Assembly (NCBI GenBank): GCA_016933575.1 | Contig: JAFGAR010000081.1 | Span: 201,020 to 265,019, forward strand | Length of the DNA: 64,000 nucleotides | From: Candidatus Thorarchaeota archaeon | Lineage (GTDB): Archaea; Asgardarchaeota; Thorarchaeia; Thorarchaeales; Thorarchaeaceae | Direction: 5' to 3' | Part shown: positions 37,154 to 46,543 of the stretch, piece after piece | How the letters are laid out: each line of letters starts with the position of its first letter | Numbering within the stretch: position 1 is the first letter of the stretch | Translations under genes and position numbers: made by a program | Notes under the pieces: generated by a model | Database searches by the model: none | Seen by the model: the letters and a program-made list of their open reading frames with translations, nothing else | What the model was told of the DNA's origin: nothing

Positions 37154-39016
37154 TCAGATGTCATCCAGGTCAAGTCGTTCCAGTGTTTTCTTTAGTGGGA
37201 GCCCTGTCGTAAGGTCCCAGCCCCTCACTCTATAGTACTCATCTAACATCTGGTCAAGTTCAACCACTTCTCCAGCAGATGGTCCAACTGGAGCTTTCTC
37301 TTTGGTCAGTCGGTCTGGAAGACAGTCATCTTTCCTGGTCACACCAAGTCGTGCATTGAACAATCGATTGAGATTCACGATACGTTCTCCAATGGTTTGA
37401 AGGTCCTCTCGTGTGAGGTCTAATCCATTGTGGACCCTTAGTGCTAATGCAATATCATCATAGTAGAACTCTGGTGGGATTTGTGTGCCATACTTGCAGA
37501 GCCCCACACTCTCGACCATGACCATGAAGTCTTCACATTCTTTTACCATGATGCCCTTATACTTTGGATTCAATCGATCCGCCATCTCTGGAAGGTATTC
37601 CTCACCAAAACGTTTCTTGATGTCTTCATCAAAACCTGCCTCATCAAGGACTGGAAATGCATAGAGGTGATCTGCACCTCTGGCTGCAGTCACTGCCGCT
37701 AGTCCCATGGACTTCTGAGCTCTAGGTTCTTGACCAGCAATCTCCTGTTTCTTCACAGTCATGACAAACTTGTCAGTACTTCGACCAATCCTCTCAGCTG
37801 CACGTTCACTTCCCTCTGCGAGGACATCGCCAAAACCCTCACGAAGTGCAATCATCTCTGTCAATCGCACAATGGTCTCTGCATTACCCCAGCTGAGGTC
37901 AATTCCTCCAGTGTCCTCTGCTGTCAGGAGACCCTCGTCCCATGCCTCCATTGCCCATGAGATCGTACCTCCTAGTGAGATGGTATCCATCCCATACTGA
38001 TTGGCAAGATGATGCCCATATAGCACAGACTCAAGATTGTCGTTTCCACACCGTGATCCCATGGATGATTGGGTCTCGAACTCTGGGGCTCCTCCTTCAA
38101 AGGCAAAGGGGCCACTTCGAACTGCAGTATATCTGCCGCACCTCTGTAGGCAGGACCAGTCGGCTCTTGCTTTTACAAGGTACTTCTCGTTGATCGCGTC
38201 ACCACTTATCTTATCGTACCCATCAAAGACACCCTGTCTCATATTATAGCTGGGAAGGCGACCAATGTGTTGCATCAGTTCGACAAGACTTGTTGTACCA
38301 TACTTAACACGACCCGGCGTGAAGGGATTGGCGAGCATTCTCCTGTAGAATTCATCCATCTGTTTCAGGTAGTTCTTTGGGTCCGCGACATCAATCTTAC
38401 CGCTTCCCCTTACAGCTATGGCTTTCAGTCTCTTGGAACCCATGACTGCTCCAAGTCCAGACCGGGCGGAGGCACGGTCTCGGTCATTCATCACCGCGGC
38501 AAATCGCACTAGATTTTCGCCAGCCTGACCAATTGAGAGTGTTCGGTATCTTCTATTATGGTCCTTTCGGAGAATGTCGTCTGTTTCAAAGACGTCTTTT
38601 CCCCAAAGATGAGTAGCATCAAGTAGTTCAACGTTTGCGTCTTGAATGTGCAGATAGACAGGATCCTTAGAGGCTCCAGTGAACATGATTGCGTCATACC
38701 CTGCAAGCTTCAGTTCTGGTCCGAAGAAACCTGCAGCATGGCTCTCACCCCAGACTTCAGTGAGTGGGGAGAGTGCGGCAACTACATGTCTTGATGACTG
38801 CGGGAACATGGAAGCAGTGAGAAGACCAGTAGCAATTCCCAGCACATTGTTCTTTCCAAGTGGATCAGTCCCTGCAGGAATCATATCATATAGGACCTTC
38901 GAGAGAAAACCAGCCCCTAGAAGATACTTATTGACAAGGTCCTCATCCAGAGGTCTCTTCTCGATATTTCCCTTTGTCATATCTACCCAGATGATTTCTC
39001 CTCCGACCCCGAACAT
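37154..39016 (-). CDS. Tungsten aldehyde:ferredoxin oxidoreductase family protein
   Basis: SPLT..WGES, GPELKLAGYD, GLGAVMGSKRLKA, PEFET, GMDTIS, RGADH. Confidence 0.93.
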   Translation of the reverse strand: MFGVGGEIIWVDMTKGNIEKRPLDEDLVNKYLLGAGFLSKVLYDMIPAGTDPLGKNNVLGIATGLLTASMFPQSSRHVVAALSPLTEVWGESHAAGFFGPELKLAGYDAIMFTGASKDPVYLHIQDANVELLDATHLWGKDVFETDDILRKDHNRRYRTLSIGQAGENLVRFAAVMNDRDRASARSGLGAVMGSKRLKAIAVRGSGKIDVADPKNYLKQMDEFYRRMLANPFTPGRVKYGTTSLVELMQHIGRLPSYNMRQGVFDGYDKISGDAINEKYLVKARADWSCLQRCGRYTAVRSGPFAFEGGAPEFETQSSMGSRCGNDNLESVLYGHHLANQYGMDTISLGGTISWAMEAWDEGLLTAEDTGGIDLSWGNAETIVRLTEMIALREGFGDVLAEGSERAAERIGRSTDKFVMTVKKQEIAGQEPRAQKSMGLAAVTAARGADHLYAFPVLDEAGFDEDIKKRFGEEYLPEMADRLNPKYKGIMVKECEDFMVMVESVGLCKYGTQIPPEFYYDDIALALRVHNGLDLTREDLQTIGERIVNLNRLFNARLGVTRKDDCLPDRLTKEKAPVGPSAGEVVELDQMLDEYYRVRGWDLTTGLPLKKTLERLDLDDI

Positions 39017-39504
39017 TAGGCCTCCTCCTTGTTGTAGAGCTCTGCCTTATGTCGTTCGTATAGGCTCTTCATCCTTCCGTCCTTGTCCCTCTTCGTTAAG
39101 TCTTCTTCACTAGTCATGAACAAGGCATCTGCGGGACAGCGGTCTACACATTGTCCGCACTGAATGCATTTTATCGCCTTACCCGTGTCTGGGTTGATAT
39201 GTATTGCATAGTACGGGCATGCAATGACACAATCACCTGTTCCCTTGCATTTGGCATTGTTCACGATGACAGTTCCCTTCGAAGTACGACTCAGAGCACC
39301 CTCTGGACATGCCGTGATACATGGTGCATCCTCGCAGTTGCGGCAGAATAACGGATAATCAAGCGCAGGTTCGATACGGAGCACTCTCACTCGCGACCGC
39401 TCAGGACCAATCACTTTGAAGTAATACATACTGCATACATTGACACACACCATACAGCCCGAGCAAATATCCGGGTCTCCAAAGACGAATTTCAATTCTG
39501 CCAA
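39016..39504 (-). CDS. 4Fe-4S dicluster protein (AOR partner)
   Basis: Four ferredoxin-type Cys motifs. Confidence 0.9.
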   Translation of the reverse strand: MAELKFVFGDPDICSGCMVCVNVCSMYYFKVIGPERSRVRVLRIEPALDYPLFCRNCEDAPCITACPEGALSRTSKGTVIVNNAKCKGTGDCVIACPYYAIHINPDTGKAIKCIQCGQCVDRCPADALFMTSEEDLTKRDKDGRMKSLYERHKAELYNKEEA

Positions 39505-39507
39505 TTG

Positions 39508-40917
39508 TTACTCTCCTGCTGGTCTTTCCCCACTTCCCATTGCCTGAAATCTACCATGTCCCGGTCTTGTCAGTATCTTTCCCTCTCCAAAGACCTGGAC
39601 TCCTCTCACGAAGGTCATCTCTGGACTGCCTCTCATGGTCATACCCTCATATAGAGTCCATCCACACTTCGAAAACATCATGTCCGCGGTCAATTTCTCC
39701 TCTCTATTGGGATCGAAGATCACAAAATCCGCGTCTGAGCCAACCCTGATGACACCCTTCTTTGGATAGAGCCCAAAGATACGGGCTGGATTCCGCGAAC
39801 TGACCCTGAGAAGCCTTGAGTATGATAATCTTCCCTTGTTTATTCCTTCTGAGAGCAACACTCTGAGTATCATCTGAGTCCCATCCACACCAGACCATGC
39901 TTCTCGAATATCCTCAAGACCTGCCTCTTTCTTTTCAATCGGACATGGTGCATGGTCACTGACTGTAATATCGATCATCCCCCGAAGGAGTGCTGACCAG
40001 AGGGCAGCTTTATCCTCTCTGGTTCTGAGTGGAGGGTTCATCTTGCTCATTGGTCCCAACCTGTTCATATCATCTCTATAGAACATAAGGTGATGCGGAC
40101 AGACCTCTGTGGTCACCATTATCCCTCGAAGTTTACCCCGCTCAATCTCATTGACTCCTTCCCGAGTGGTGACATGGGCAATATGGAGGTGTCCTCCTGT
40201 GTGGGAGGCAATGGAGATGTTCTGTCTTATTGCTAGAAATTCTGCAAGGTTCGGTCGGCTAAGTGAGTGGCTGACAGGTGCGTCCCATTCTCCTTCCATA
40301 TCCTTTTTGAACTCATCAAGTACACCTTGGTCTTCAGAGTGTATCGTAAGATGCCCGCCTACTTCAGACACCTCACTCAATGCCCGTGTCAATACCCCTG
40401 GATTAGTCTGATAGGGTTCACACGAGAATGCCTTGAATGCTCCAATCCCTCGCTCTACAAGAGTTGGAATGACCTTGTAATTATTCTCATTAATCATGCC
40501 TCCATAGAAGGAGAAATCGACCACTGAGTCTTCCTCACCCTGTCTGATCTTCTCTGTCACTATCTCTTCTGAATCTACTTGGTTTGTCAAGGGCATATCG
40601 ATGAAAGTTGTCACACCACCTCCCGCGGCCGCCCGTGATCCTGATTTGAAGCTCTCATGCGACAGCATGGTAGGATCGTTGATGTGTGCATGACCATCGA
40701 TTAATCCCGGCATCAATATCTTCTGACCCGCATCAATAATGACATCAGCATCAGGTAGATGCTCATCAGAGGCGATGACTGAAAATACTCCATCTGAGAC
40801 TCCAATACCTCCTCTGACCAGTCCTGATTCCAAGAGAAGGCGTGCATTATGCACAACAAGGTCGATACTTCTTCGTTCTGTTTGCTTCCTATGCTTTGAT
40901 GTGAGTGAACTACTCAT
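39508..40917 (-). CDS. Cyclic amidohydrolase (allantoinase/dihydropyrimidinase/dihydroorotase family)
   Basis: PGLIDGHAH, GGVTTFIDMP, AFKAF, HSED, KMNPPLR, SDHAP. Confidence 0.9.
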   Translation of the reverse strand: MSSSLTSKHRKQTERRSIDLVVHNARLLLESGLVRGGIGVSDGVFSVIASDEHLPDADVIIDAGQKILMPGLIDGHAHINDPTMLSHESFKSGSRAAAGGGVTTFIDMPLTNQVDSEEIVTEKIRQGEEDSVVDFSFYGGMINENNYKVIPTLVERGIGAFKAFSCEPYQTNPGVLTRALSEVSEVGGHLTIHSEDQGVLDEFKKDMEGEWDAPVSHSLSRPNLAEFLAIRQNISIASHTGGHLHIAHVTTREGVNEIERGKLRGIMVTTEVCPHHLMFYRDDMNRLGPMSKMNPPLRTREDKAALWSALLRGMIDITVSDHAPCPIEKKEAGLEDIREAWSGVDGTQMILRVLLSEGINKGRLSYSRLLRVSSRNPARIFGLYPKKGVIRVGSDADFVIFDPNREEKLTADMMFSKCGWTLYEGMTMRGSPEMTFVRGVQVFGEGKILTRPGHGRFQAMGSGERPAGE

Positions 40918-41200
40918 GCGAACCCCCTCCAACTGGTGGAAACAAGGCCACTGCATCATTATCAGTCAATTCTGTATCGTAGCCATTCAGAAGTTCAATC
41001 CGTTTTCCGTTGATCATACAGGAGTAGAACTGCTTCAGTCTACCAGTCTTGTCATCGAATACAGTGTTGGTGAATCTTGGCCCAAAGGATACCTTCAACG
41101 CTTCAAGAAGATCTTTGATGGTACTAGCTTCCATCTCCTTACTCTTCATACCAGTGATCTCCCGAACAGTTGCGAAGAATTTCACAGTGACCCGAGCCAA
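40910..41200 (-). CDS. MoaD/SAMP ubiquitin-like protein with C-terminal extension
   Basis: VKFFATVRE, INGK, VALFPPVGGG-SHE. Confidence 0.88.
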   Translation of the reverse strand: MARVTVKFFATVREITGMKSKEMEASTIKDLLEALKVSFGPRFTNTVFDDKTGRLKQFYSCMINGKRIELLNGYDTELTDNDAVALFPPVGGGSHE

Positions 41201-41328
41201 GGTCTCACACTCAATCCGATGAAATGGTTTCAATCGATTAAAACAATTGCCTTCTGTTCTGTTTTGACGCTGGCATAGAAGTTAAAGGGAAAATGAGCCT
41301 CACGCACATCGGTTAACCGCATTCGGTC

Positions 41329-42234
41329 GTGACATATTGCATGGAGCTTGTAGTTGTTGGTCATCTGAGTAGGGACTTGCTAATCACACCTACAACTACA
41401 AAGGAGGCATTGGGCGGAGGAACCGCATACGCAATGATAGCACCCTCAATTGGTGTTTCAAGTGGAATTGTCACAAAAGTAGGAGATGACTTCGAAACAA
41501 ATTATCACAAAACACTGGAATCTTCTGGTCTTAATCTCACGGGGCTCATTGCTGATGGTAAACGAACGACCCGCTTTGTTAACAAATATGATCCTGTGGG
41601 GAACAGAACGCAATTTGTCGAGGCAATCGCTCCACAAATATTACCTGAAGATTTCTCACAGCAACACTTGGAGTCTAAGATCATCCACTTCTCTCCACTC
41701 ACCGCTCATGATATTCATCCTACATGTATAGAGCAGGCACATAATACTGGGGCTTTAACATCGATTGATGTTCAGGGCTATCTTCGAGCAATTGACAAGG
41801 GTGGACAGGTTATCGCACAAGAATGGTCCCACCATGATAACATTCTGAAGATGGTTGATGTTGTAAAATTTCACCAAGACGAACTGCAAATGACTCTCAG
41901 AGCTGAGTCCGAACCCTCTGCAGTGAAGGCGATACTTGATTTGGGTCCCAAGATTATACTAGTGACTCGTGACTTGAGAGGTTCCACAATATACACACGG
42001 GAAGGATACGTGGACATACCCCTAATTCCAGCCAATGTGCAAGTTGATACGACTGGATGTGGGGATACCTATACCATTGGCTTCTTGGTTGATTACCTTC
42101 ATTCTGGTGATGTGAGACATGCAGGATTCTTTGCAGCAACCTGCTCATCATTCAATGTCGAAACCCTTGGTCCCTATGGGATGCCATCACGAGGGGATGT
42201 CGATTCTCGAATGAAGAGGTACTTCACAACCTAG
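41329..42234 (+). CDS. PfkB family carbohydrate/nucleoside kinase
   Basis: GGGTAY, DVQG, DTTGCGD. Confidence 0.9.
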   Translation: MTYCMELVVVGHLSRDLLITPTTTKEALGGGTAYAMIAPSIGVSSGIVTKVGDDFETNYHKTLESSGLNLTGLIADGKRTTRFVNKYDPVGNRTQFVEAIAPQILPEDFSQQHLESKIIHFSPLTAHDIHPTCIEQAHNTGALTSIDVQGYLRAIDKGGQVIAQEWSHHDNILKMVDVVKFHQDELQMTLRAESEPSAVKAILDLGPKIILVTRDLRGSTIYTREGYVDIPLIPANVQVDTTGCGDTYTIGFLVDYLHSGDVRHAGFFAATCSSFNVETLGPYGMPSRGDVDSRMKRYFTT

Positions 42235-42284
42235 ACAGAAGCCTTTTACAGCAAATTATTAGCTCTCAATTCTAGGCGAAAACA

Positions 42285-43469
42285 ATGCTCGAAGATCTTG
42301 ACCAGCTTATGGAGAAATATGGAATAGATGGTCTACTAGTCAATGGCAGTGCCTTTGAGAATCAAGACATCTATTGGCTAACAGGATTCCGTTCATCAGA
42401 TGAAATCATCTATCTCAAGAACCGGGGTGATGAGCCCTTGGTTGCTTCATCATTCCTCGCACTTGAGCGGGTCAAGAAAGAGAGCCTCATTACCCAAACC
42501 CATGATCTTACTGAGGTCCATCTACAGATCCTACGCGAGAAGAAGAAAGTCCGCGATAACCAGGATCGAATATATGGAGATCTTCTGAAGAAGCAGTTCT
42601 CTGGAAAAGTCCTCGGTGTTCCCGACATATTTCCAGCAAGTATTCTTGTCATGCTTCAGAAGATGGGGTACACAATCAAGGTTGTTCGAGACCTAGTGAT
42701 GGAAGCCAGGGCGACCAAGTCTCCACGAGAGATCAAGACTCTGAAGAAGGCTGGCGATGCCACGACCGCTGCAATTGCTCAAATCGTTGAGATGGTGAAA
42801 GAAAGTACAATTGGTCCCAATAAGATACTGATGCATAGAGGCGAGCCGCTCACAGTGAGGAAGGTCAAACTTGCTCTGGAGCACTTCCTACTCGATAAAG
42901 GAGCTGAATCTGCTGATGATGCTATTGTTGCTGTAGGAAAGAAGGCCTTTGACTGGCATTATCTTGGCGTGAGTGGTGACAAGTTCAAGAGTGAGACTCC
43001 CATCATTATGGATGTCTTCCCCCGTCTCAAACAGGAACGCTACATTGCTGATGTGACCCGTACAATAGTGAAAGGTTCTGTACCAAAGCGTGTACGCGAG
43101 ATGTTTGATGCGGTACATAGCGCAGCTGAGGCAACCGTTGATGCTCTTAGGGACAATGTAGTGATTGAGGACGTAAACCTTGCCTGCTTTAATACCCTCA
43201 AGAAACACGGGTTTGATTCAAAGGGACTCAATCCTGATGCCAAGGATGGAATGACACACGGACTGGGTCATGGAATTGGTCTTGATGTTCACGAACTCCC
43301 AAGTACCTACAGCTGTGAGGAGAGGTATGTTGAGGGAAATGTCATGGCCATAGAGCCTGGTGTATACCTAGCATCCATCGGTGGTGTTCGTATCGAGAAT
43401 GACTACGTGGTGACAAAGGGAAAAGCAAAACGGCTGACCACAGGTCTCGATGATATTATCTATGTCTAG
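42285..43469 (+). CDS. Xaa-Pro peptidase (M24B)
   Basis: ADVTRT, HGLGHGIGLDVHE, IEPGVY, GGVRIEND. Confidence 0.92.
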   Translation: MLEDLDQLMEKYGIDGLLVNGSAFENQDIYWLTGFRSSDEIIYLKNRGDEPLVASSFLALERVKKESLITQTHDLTEVHLQILREKKKVRDNQDRIYGDLLKKQFSGKVLGVPDIFPASILVMLQKMGYTIKVVRDLVMEARATKSPREIKTLKKAGDATTAAIAQIVEMVKESTIGPNKILMHRGEPLTVRKVKLALEHFLLDKGAESADDAIVAVGKKAFDWHYLGVSGDKFKSETPIIMDVFPRLKQERYIADVTRTIVKGSVPKRVREMFDAVHSAAEATVDALRDNVVIEDVNLACFNTLKKHGFDSKGLNPDAKDGMTHGLGHGIGLDVHELPSTYSCEERYVEGNVMAIEPGVYLASIGGVRIENDYVVTKGKAKRLTTGLDDIIYV

Positions 43470-44557
43470 TAACTGAGAGCATAATATGGACATACTGAAA
43501 CACACATCCCACAGGCTTCACACCTGTTTGCATCAATGGCAAAGAAGTTCTCAGCCTTATTCACCCTGATTGCTCCATAGACACAAGACTTCTCACATAG
43601 TCCACATCGTGTGCATCTCTCAAGGTCGACTGTCGGTGGTGGATCCAGAGAGACCCCCTCTTTCAGATTTGGAAGGGCAATTCCGCGTATCTCTTCCAAG
43701 GAAGTATATCCGTGATTATCCAGCCAGTCTTCTACCTCACCTGCAATCTTTCCGTAGACTGTATCTCCCTCAAGAATTGCCGCTGTACACACCTGCACTG
43801 CGGACGCTCCCACCATGAAGAACTCTATGGCATCCTCACCAGTCATGACTCCACCTACACCAATGACTGGAATCTTCACCACTTTGGCAATATCAGCTAC
43901 ACATCGTATCGCAATAGGTTTGAGGGCAGAACCACTCATCCACCCGTACCCACCATCGCTTCCCAATAATGGTCTCCCGGTCTCGATATCTATGCGAAGG
44001 CATGGACCAAAGGTATTGATTGCGGCTATGGCATCCACATGAGGTTCCAGGGCTTTGGCGACCTCCGCAACATCCACCTTGGGGCTTAGTTTTGCTATGA
44101 TGGGGATGTTCACTGCCTCTCTGAGAGCCTTGGCTATTTCGACATGACCACCGACATAGTGCGTACTGAACTCTATTGCTTTGACTCCTGCTTTCTCTAG
44201 CTTTGGTGCAATCTGGCGTACATCCTCAGGTGTGTATCCAACACTGGCAATCAAGGGGAGATTTGCACTGAGCGCTATCGGGTATTCTCTCTCCAACCAG
44301 GTTTCAAGGGGAAGCTCACTCCAGAGTTCTGCATTGAGTATTCCCCTCCTCGAACCAACTCGACCCTCCTTGAGTGCTGCCATGTTTGGTTTTGGGACAT
44401 CGGCAGGAGATACACTCACAGTCTTTGCCACGAGCCCTCCCACACCCCCCGCTGCGGCATTCAGGAGGGTCATTCCATCTCTTGATGTAGGGCCTGCGGC
44501 TGTGAGAACTGGATTTCTGAACTTAAGTCCGAGAAGATCAACACTGATGTCTGCCAT
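43466..44557 (-). CDS. Dihydropyrimidine/dihydroorotate dehydrogenase family protein with C-terminal 2x[4Fe-4S] (PreA-like)
   Basis: NPVLTAAGP, AKLSP, INT, SG.ALKP, GVGG, VQVCT, two ferredoxin motifs. Confidence 0.85.
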   Translation of the reverse strand: MADISVDLLGLKFRNPVLTAAGPTSRDGMTLLNAAAGGVGGLVAKTVSVSPADVPKPNMAALKEGRVGSRRGILNAELWSELPLETWLEREYPIALSANLPLIASVGYTPEDVRQIAPKLEKAGVKAIEFSTHYVGGHVEIAKALREAVNIPIIAKLSPKVDVAEVAKALEPHVDAIAAINTFGPCLRIDIETGRPLLGSDGGYGWMSGSALKPIAIRCVADIAKVVKIPVIGVGGVMTGEDAIEFFMVGASAVQVCTAAILEGDTVYGKIAGEVEDWLDNHGYTSLEEIRGIALPNLKEGVSLDPPPTVDLERCTRCGLCEKSCVYGAIRVNKAENFFAIDANRCEACGMCVSVCPYYALSY

Positions 44558-44601
44558 AATGTTACCTTATGGAACCTCCAACATAAACCATTCGTAGAAG
44601 A

Positions 44602-46476
44602 TTACCCAGACATACGAATAATCTCTGCAGGAGTAATGTCTTCCACATCAATTCCTTCTTTTTGCAGTTTGATGATGGCTAATTCGTATGCTTTGAGTAC
44701 GTCTGCTTTTGTGATGTAACCAATCATGACATCAGGATGCATAGGATCGACTATGACAGCATGTCCTTCATCACGTCTCATCATGGCCTGTACGACCCCA
44801 TCCATTGTGCAGTCCGGGGCTAGATGTAAGAAGTCTGGATTCATGAGGTCACGAACTCTAGTTTCATTGGGATTTTCATTGTGAAACAGGTCTTCAGCTA
44901 TTAGGATGCCAACTATCTTGTTGCTTTCAACAACTGGGAATTTAGTATGATGCGTCTTATCGATGATCTTGAAGACCTCGGTGGTGGTCATCTCCGGAGT
45001 GAGAATAGTAGGTTCCTTTGTCATTATGTCTTTCACAACAAGTGATTTCAGAGCACCAATATGTGTGCCCCTTCTGATGTGCACTCCACGTCGAGCCAGT
45101 TTCATGGTGTAGATACTCTCTGGTTCGATGAGTGATGAGACAAGAAAGGCTGAGGATACTGCGACCATTAGAGGGAGAATCAAGAGATAGTCTCCGGTCA
45201 TCTCCATAATTATGATGATGCAAGTAATCGGAGCTCTACCAGAACCTCCGAAGAGGGCTGCCATACCAACCAATGCAAATACCATGGCACTAGTGGGAGG
45301 AACAATCGTAGGTGCAAAGAAAGCAAAAATCCAGCCTAAGGCACCACCTAGACCTGCGCCAATGAATAGTGTTGGTGCGAATACACCTCCTGAGCCTCCC
45401 GATCCAAGTGTTGTACTTGTTGTTAGTACCTTGAAGACACTGAAGATGGCAAGAGTTCCAAGGAGAGCTAATCCTCCAGCTGTTACATTTGGAATGAGGA
45501 ATAGCGCATCAATGAAGGCGTATTCTACTCCCATGACTGCAGGGAAATATGGTTGATCGCCAAATGCTCCTGAATATGAAAATGCTTGCTCGAAGTAGAT
45601 TATAGATATGCCTAAGATTCCAGTACAGGCTCCACCAATAGCGGGCAAGAGGTACTTTGAGACTCGAATTCGTTCAAATAATCCCTCAATGAAATAGAAT
45701 CCTCTCATCCAGATCACACTCACAATCCCTAGAAAGATTCCGAGGATTAGGAAAAAGACTAGTTCTGCAGGATTGCTCATGAAGAAGGCTGGTGCATTGA
45801 ATGAAAGACTAAGAGAATGACCAAGAATTAGCTGTATGGATATCCCTGCAACTGCAGTAGCTACAACACAAGATAAAATGACAGGAAGAACTGAGAAACC
45901 AAGGATACCACCTGCGACAATCTCGATTCCGAAGAGCGCTCCTCCCAGAGGCGCATTGAAGGTAGCTGCAATACCAGACGAGAGTCCACAAAGGAGTAGG
46001 GTCTTAGTATCATTCTTTCCCATGTTCAACTTATTGGCAATGCCCGACCCTACGCCAGCCCCAATCTGTGCAATTGGTCCCTCTCGCCCACATGACCCTC
46101 CTGAGCCTATTGTAATAGCTGAGGCTAAGCTCTTGAGGGCTGGAACACGTAGACGCATCTTGCCTCCACGAATGACATATGATTCCATGACCTCTGGAAC
46201 ACCATGGCCCTTTGCCTCAGGTGCATAACGTACGACAATGAATGCAGTCAATAGACCTCCAATTGTTGGCACAATGATCCACCCAATCACTCCAAGGAAT
46301 TGAGGAATGACAACAAAGACCAGGCTGATACCCATGATGAGGAATCTGAAGAGTACAGCAACTAGACCAGAAACTGCTCCAACGAGAGCTCCAAGAGAAT
46401 AGAGGTAGACTTGTCGAGACATGTCTTGATTTGAAATCATCTGCGAGATTCGCCTTCTGTATACTAGTATAACCAA
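44602..46476 (-). CDS. ClC chloride channel/antiporter with CBS pair
   Basis: GHGVPE, GREGP, FNAPLGG, GGVFAP; CBS domains. Confidence 0.93.
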   Translation of the reverse strand: MVILVYRRRISQMISNQDMSRQVYLYSLGALVGAVSGLVAVLFRFLIMGISLVFVVIPQFLGVIGWIIVPTIGGLLTAFIVVRYAPEAKGHGVPEVMESYVIRGGKMRLRVPALKSLASAITIGSGGSCGREGPIAQIGAGVGSGIANKLNMGKNDTKTLLLCGLSSGIAATFNAPLGGALFGIEIVAGGILGFSVLPVILSCVVATAVAGISIQLILGHSLSLSFNAPAFFMSNPAELVFFLILGIFLGIVSVIWMRGFYFIEGLFERIRVSKYLLPAIGGACTGILGISIIYFEQAFSYSGAFGDQPYFPAVMGVEYAFIDALFLIPNVTAGGLALLGTLAIFSVFKVLTTSTTLGSGGSGGVFAPTLFIGAGLGGALGWIFAFFAPTIVPPTSAMVFALVGMAALFGGSGRAPITCIIIIMEMTGDYLLILPLMVAVSSAFLVSSLIEPESIYTMKLARRGVHIRRGTHIGALKSLVVKDIMTKEPTILTPEMTTTEVFKIIDKTHHTKFPVVESNKIVGILIAEDLFHNENPNETRVRDLMNPDFLHLAPDCTMDGVVQAMMRRDEGHAVIVDPMHPDVMIGYITKADVLKAYELAIIKLQKEGIDVEDITPAEIIRMSG

Positions 46477-46543
46477 TAGCCTGTATTTGGCGGCCTAAGT
46501 GATGTTTTATTAAAGTTGACCCTGTGGGAACTGGTTTTTTAAT

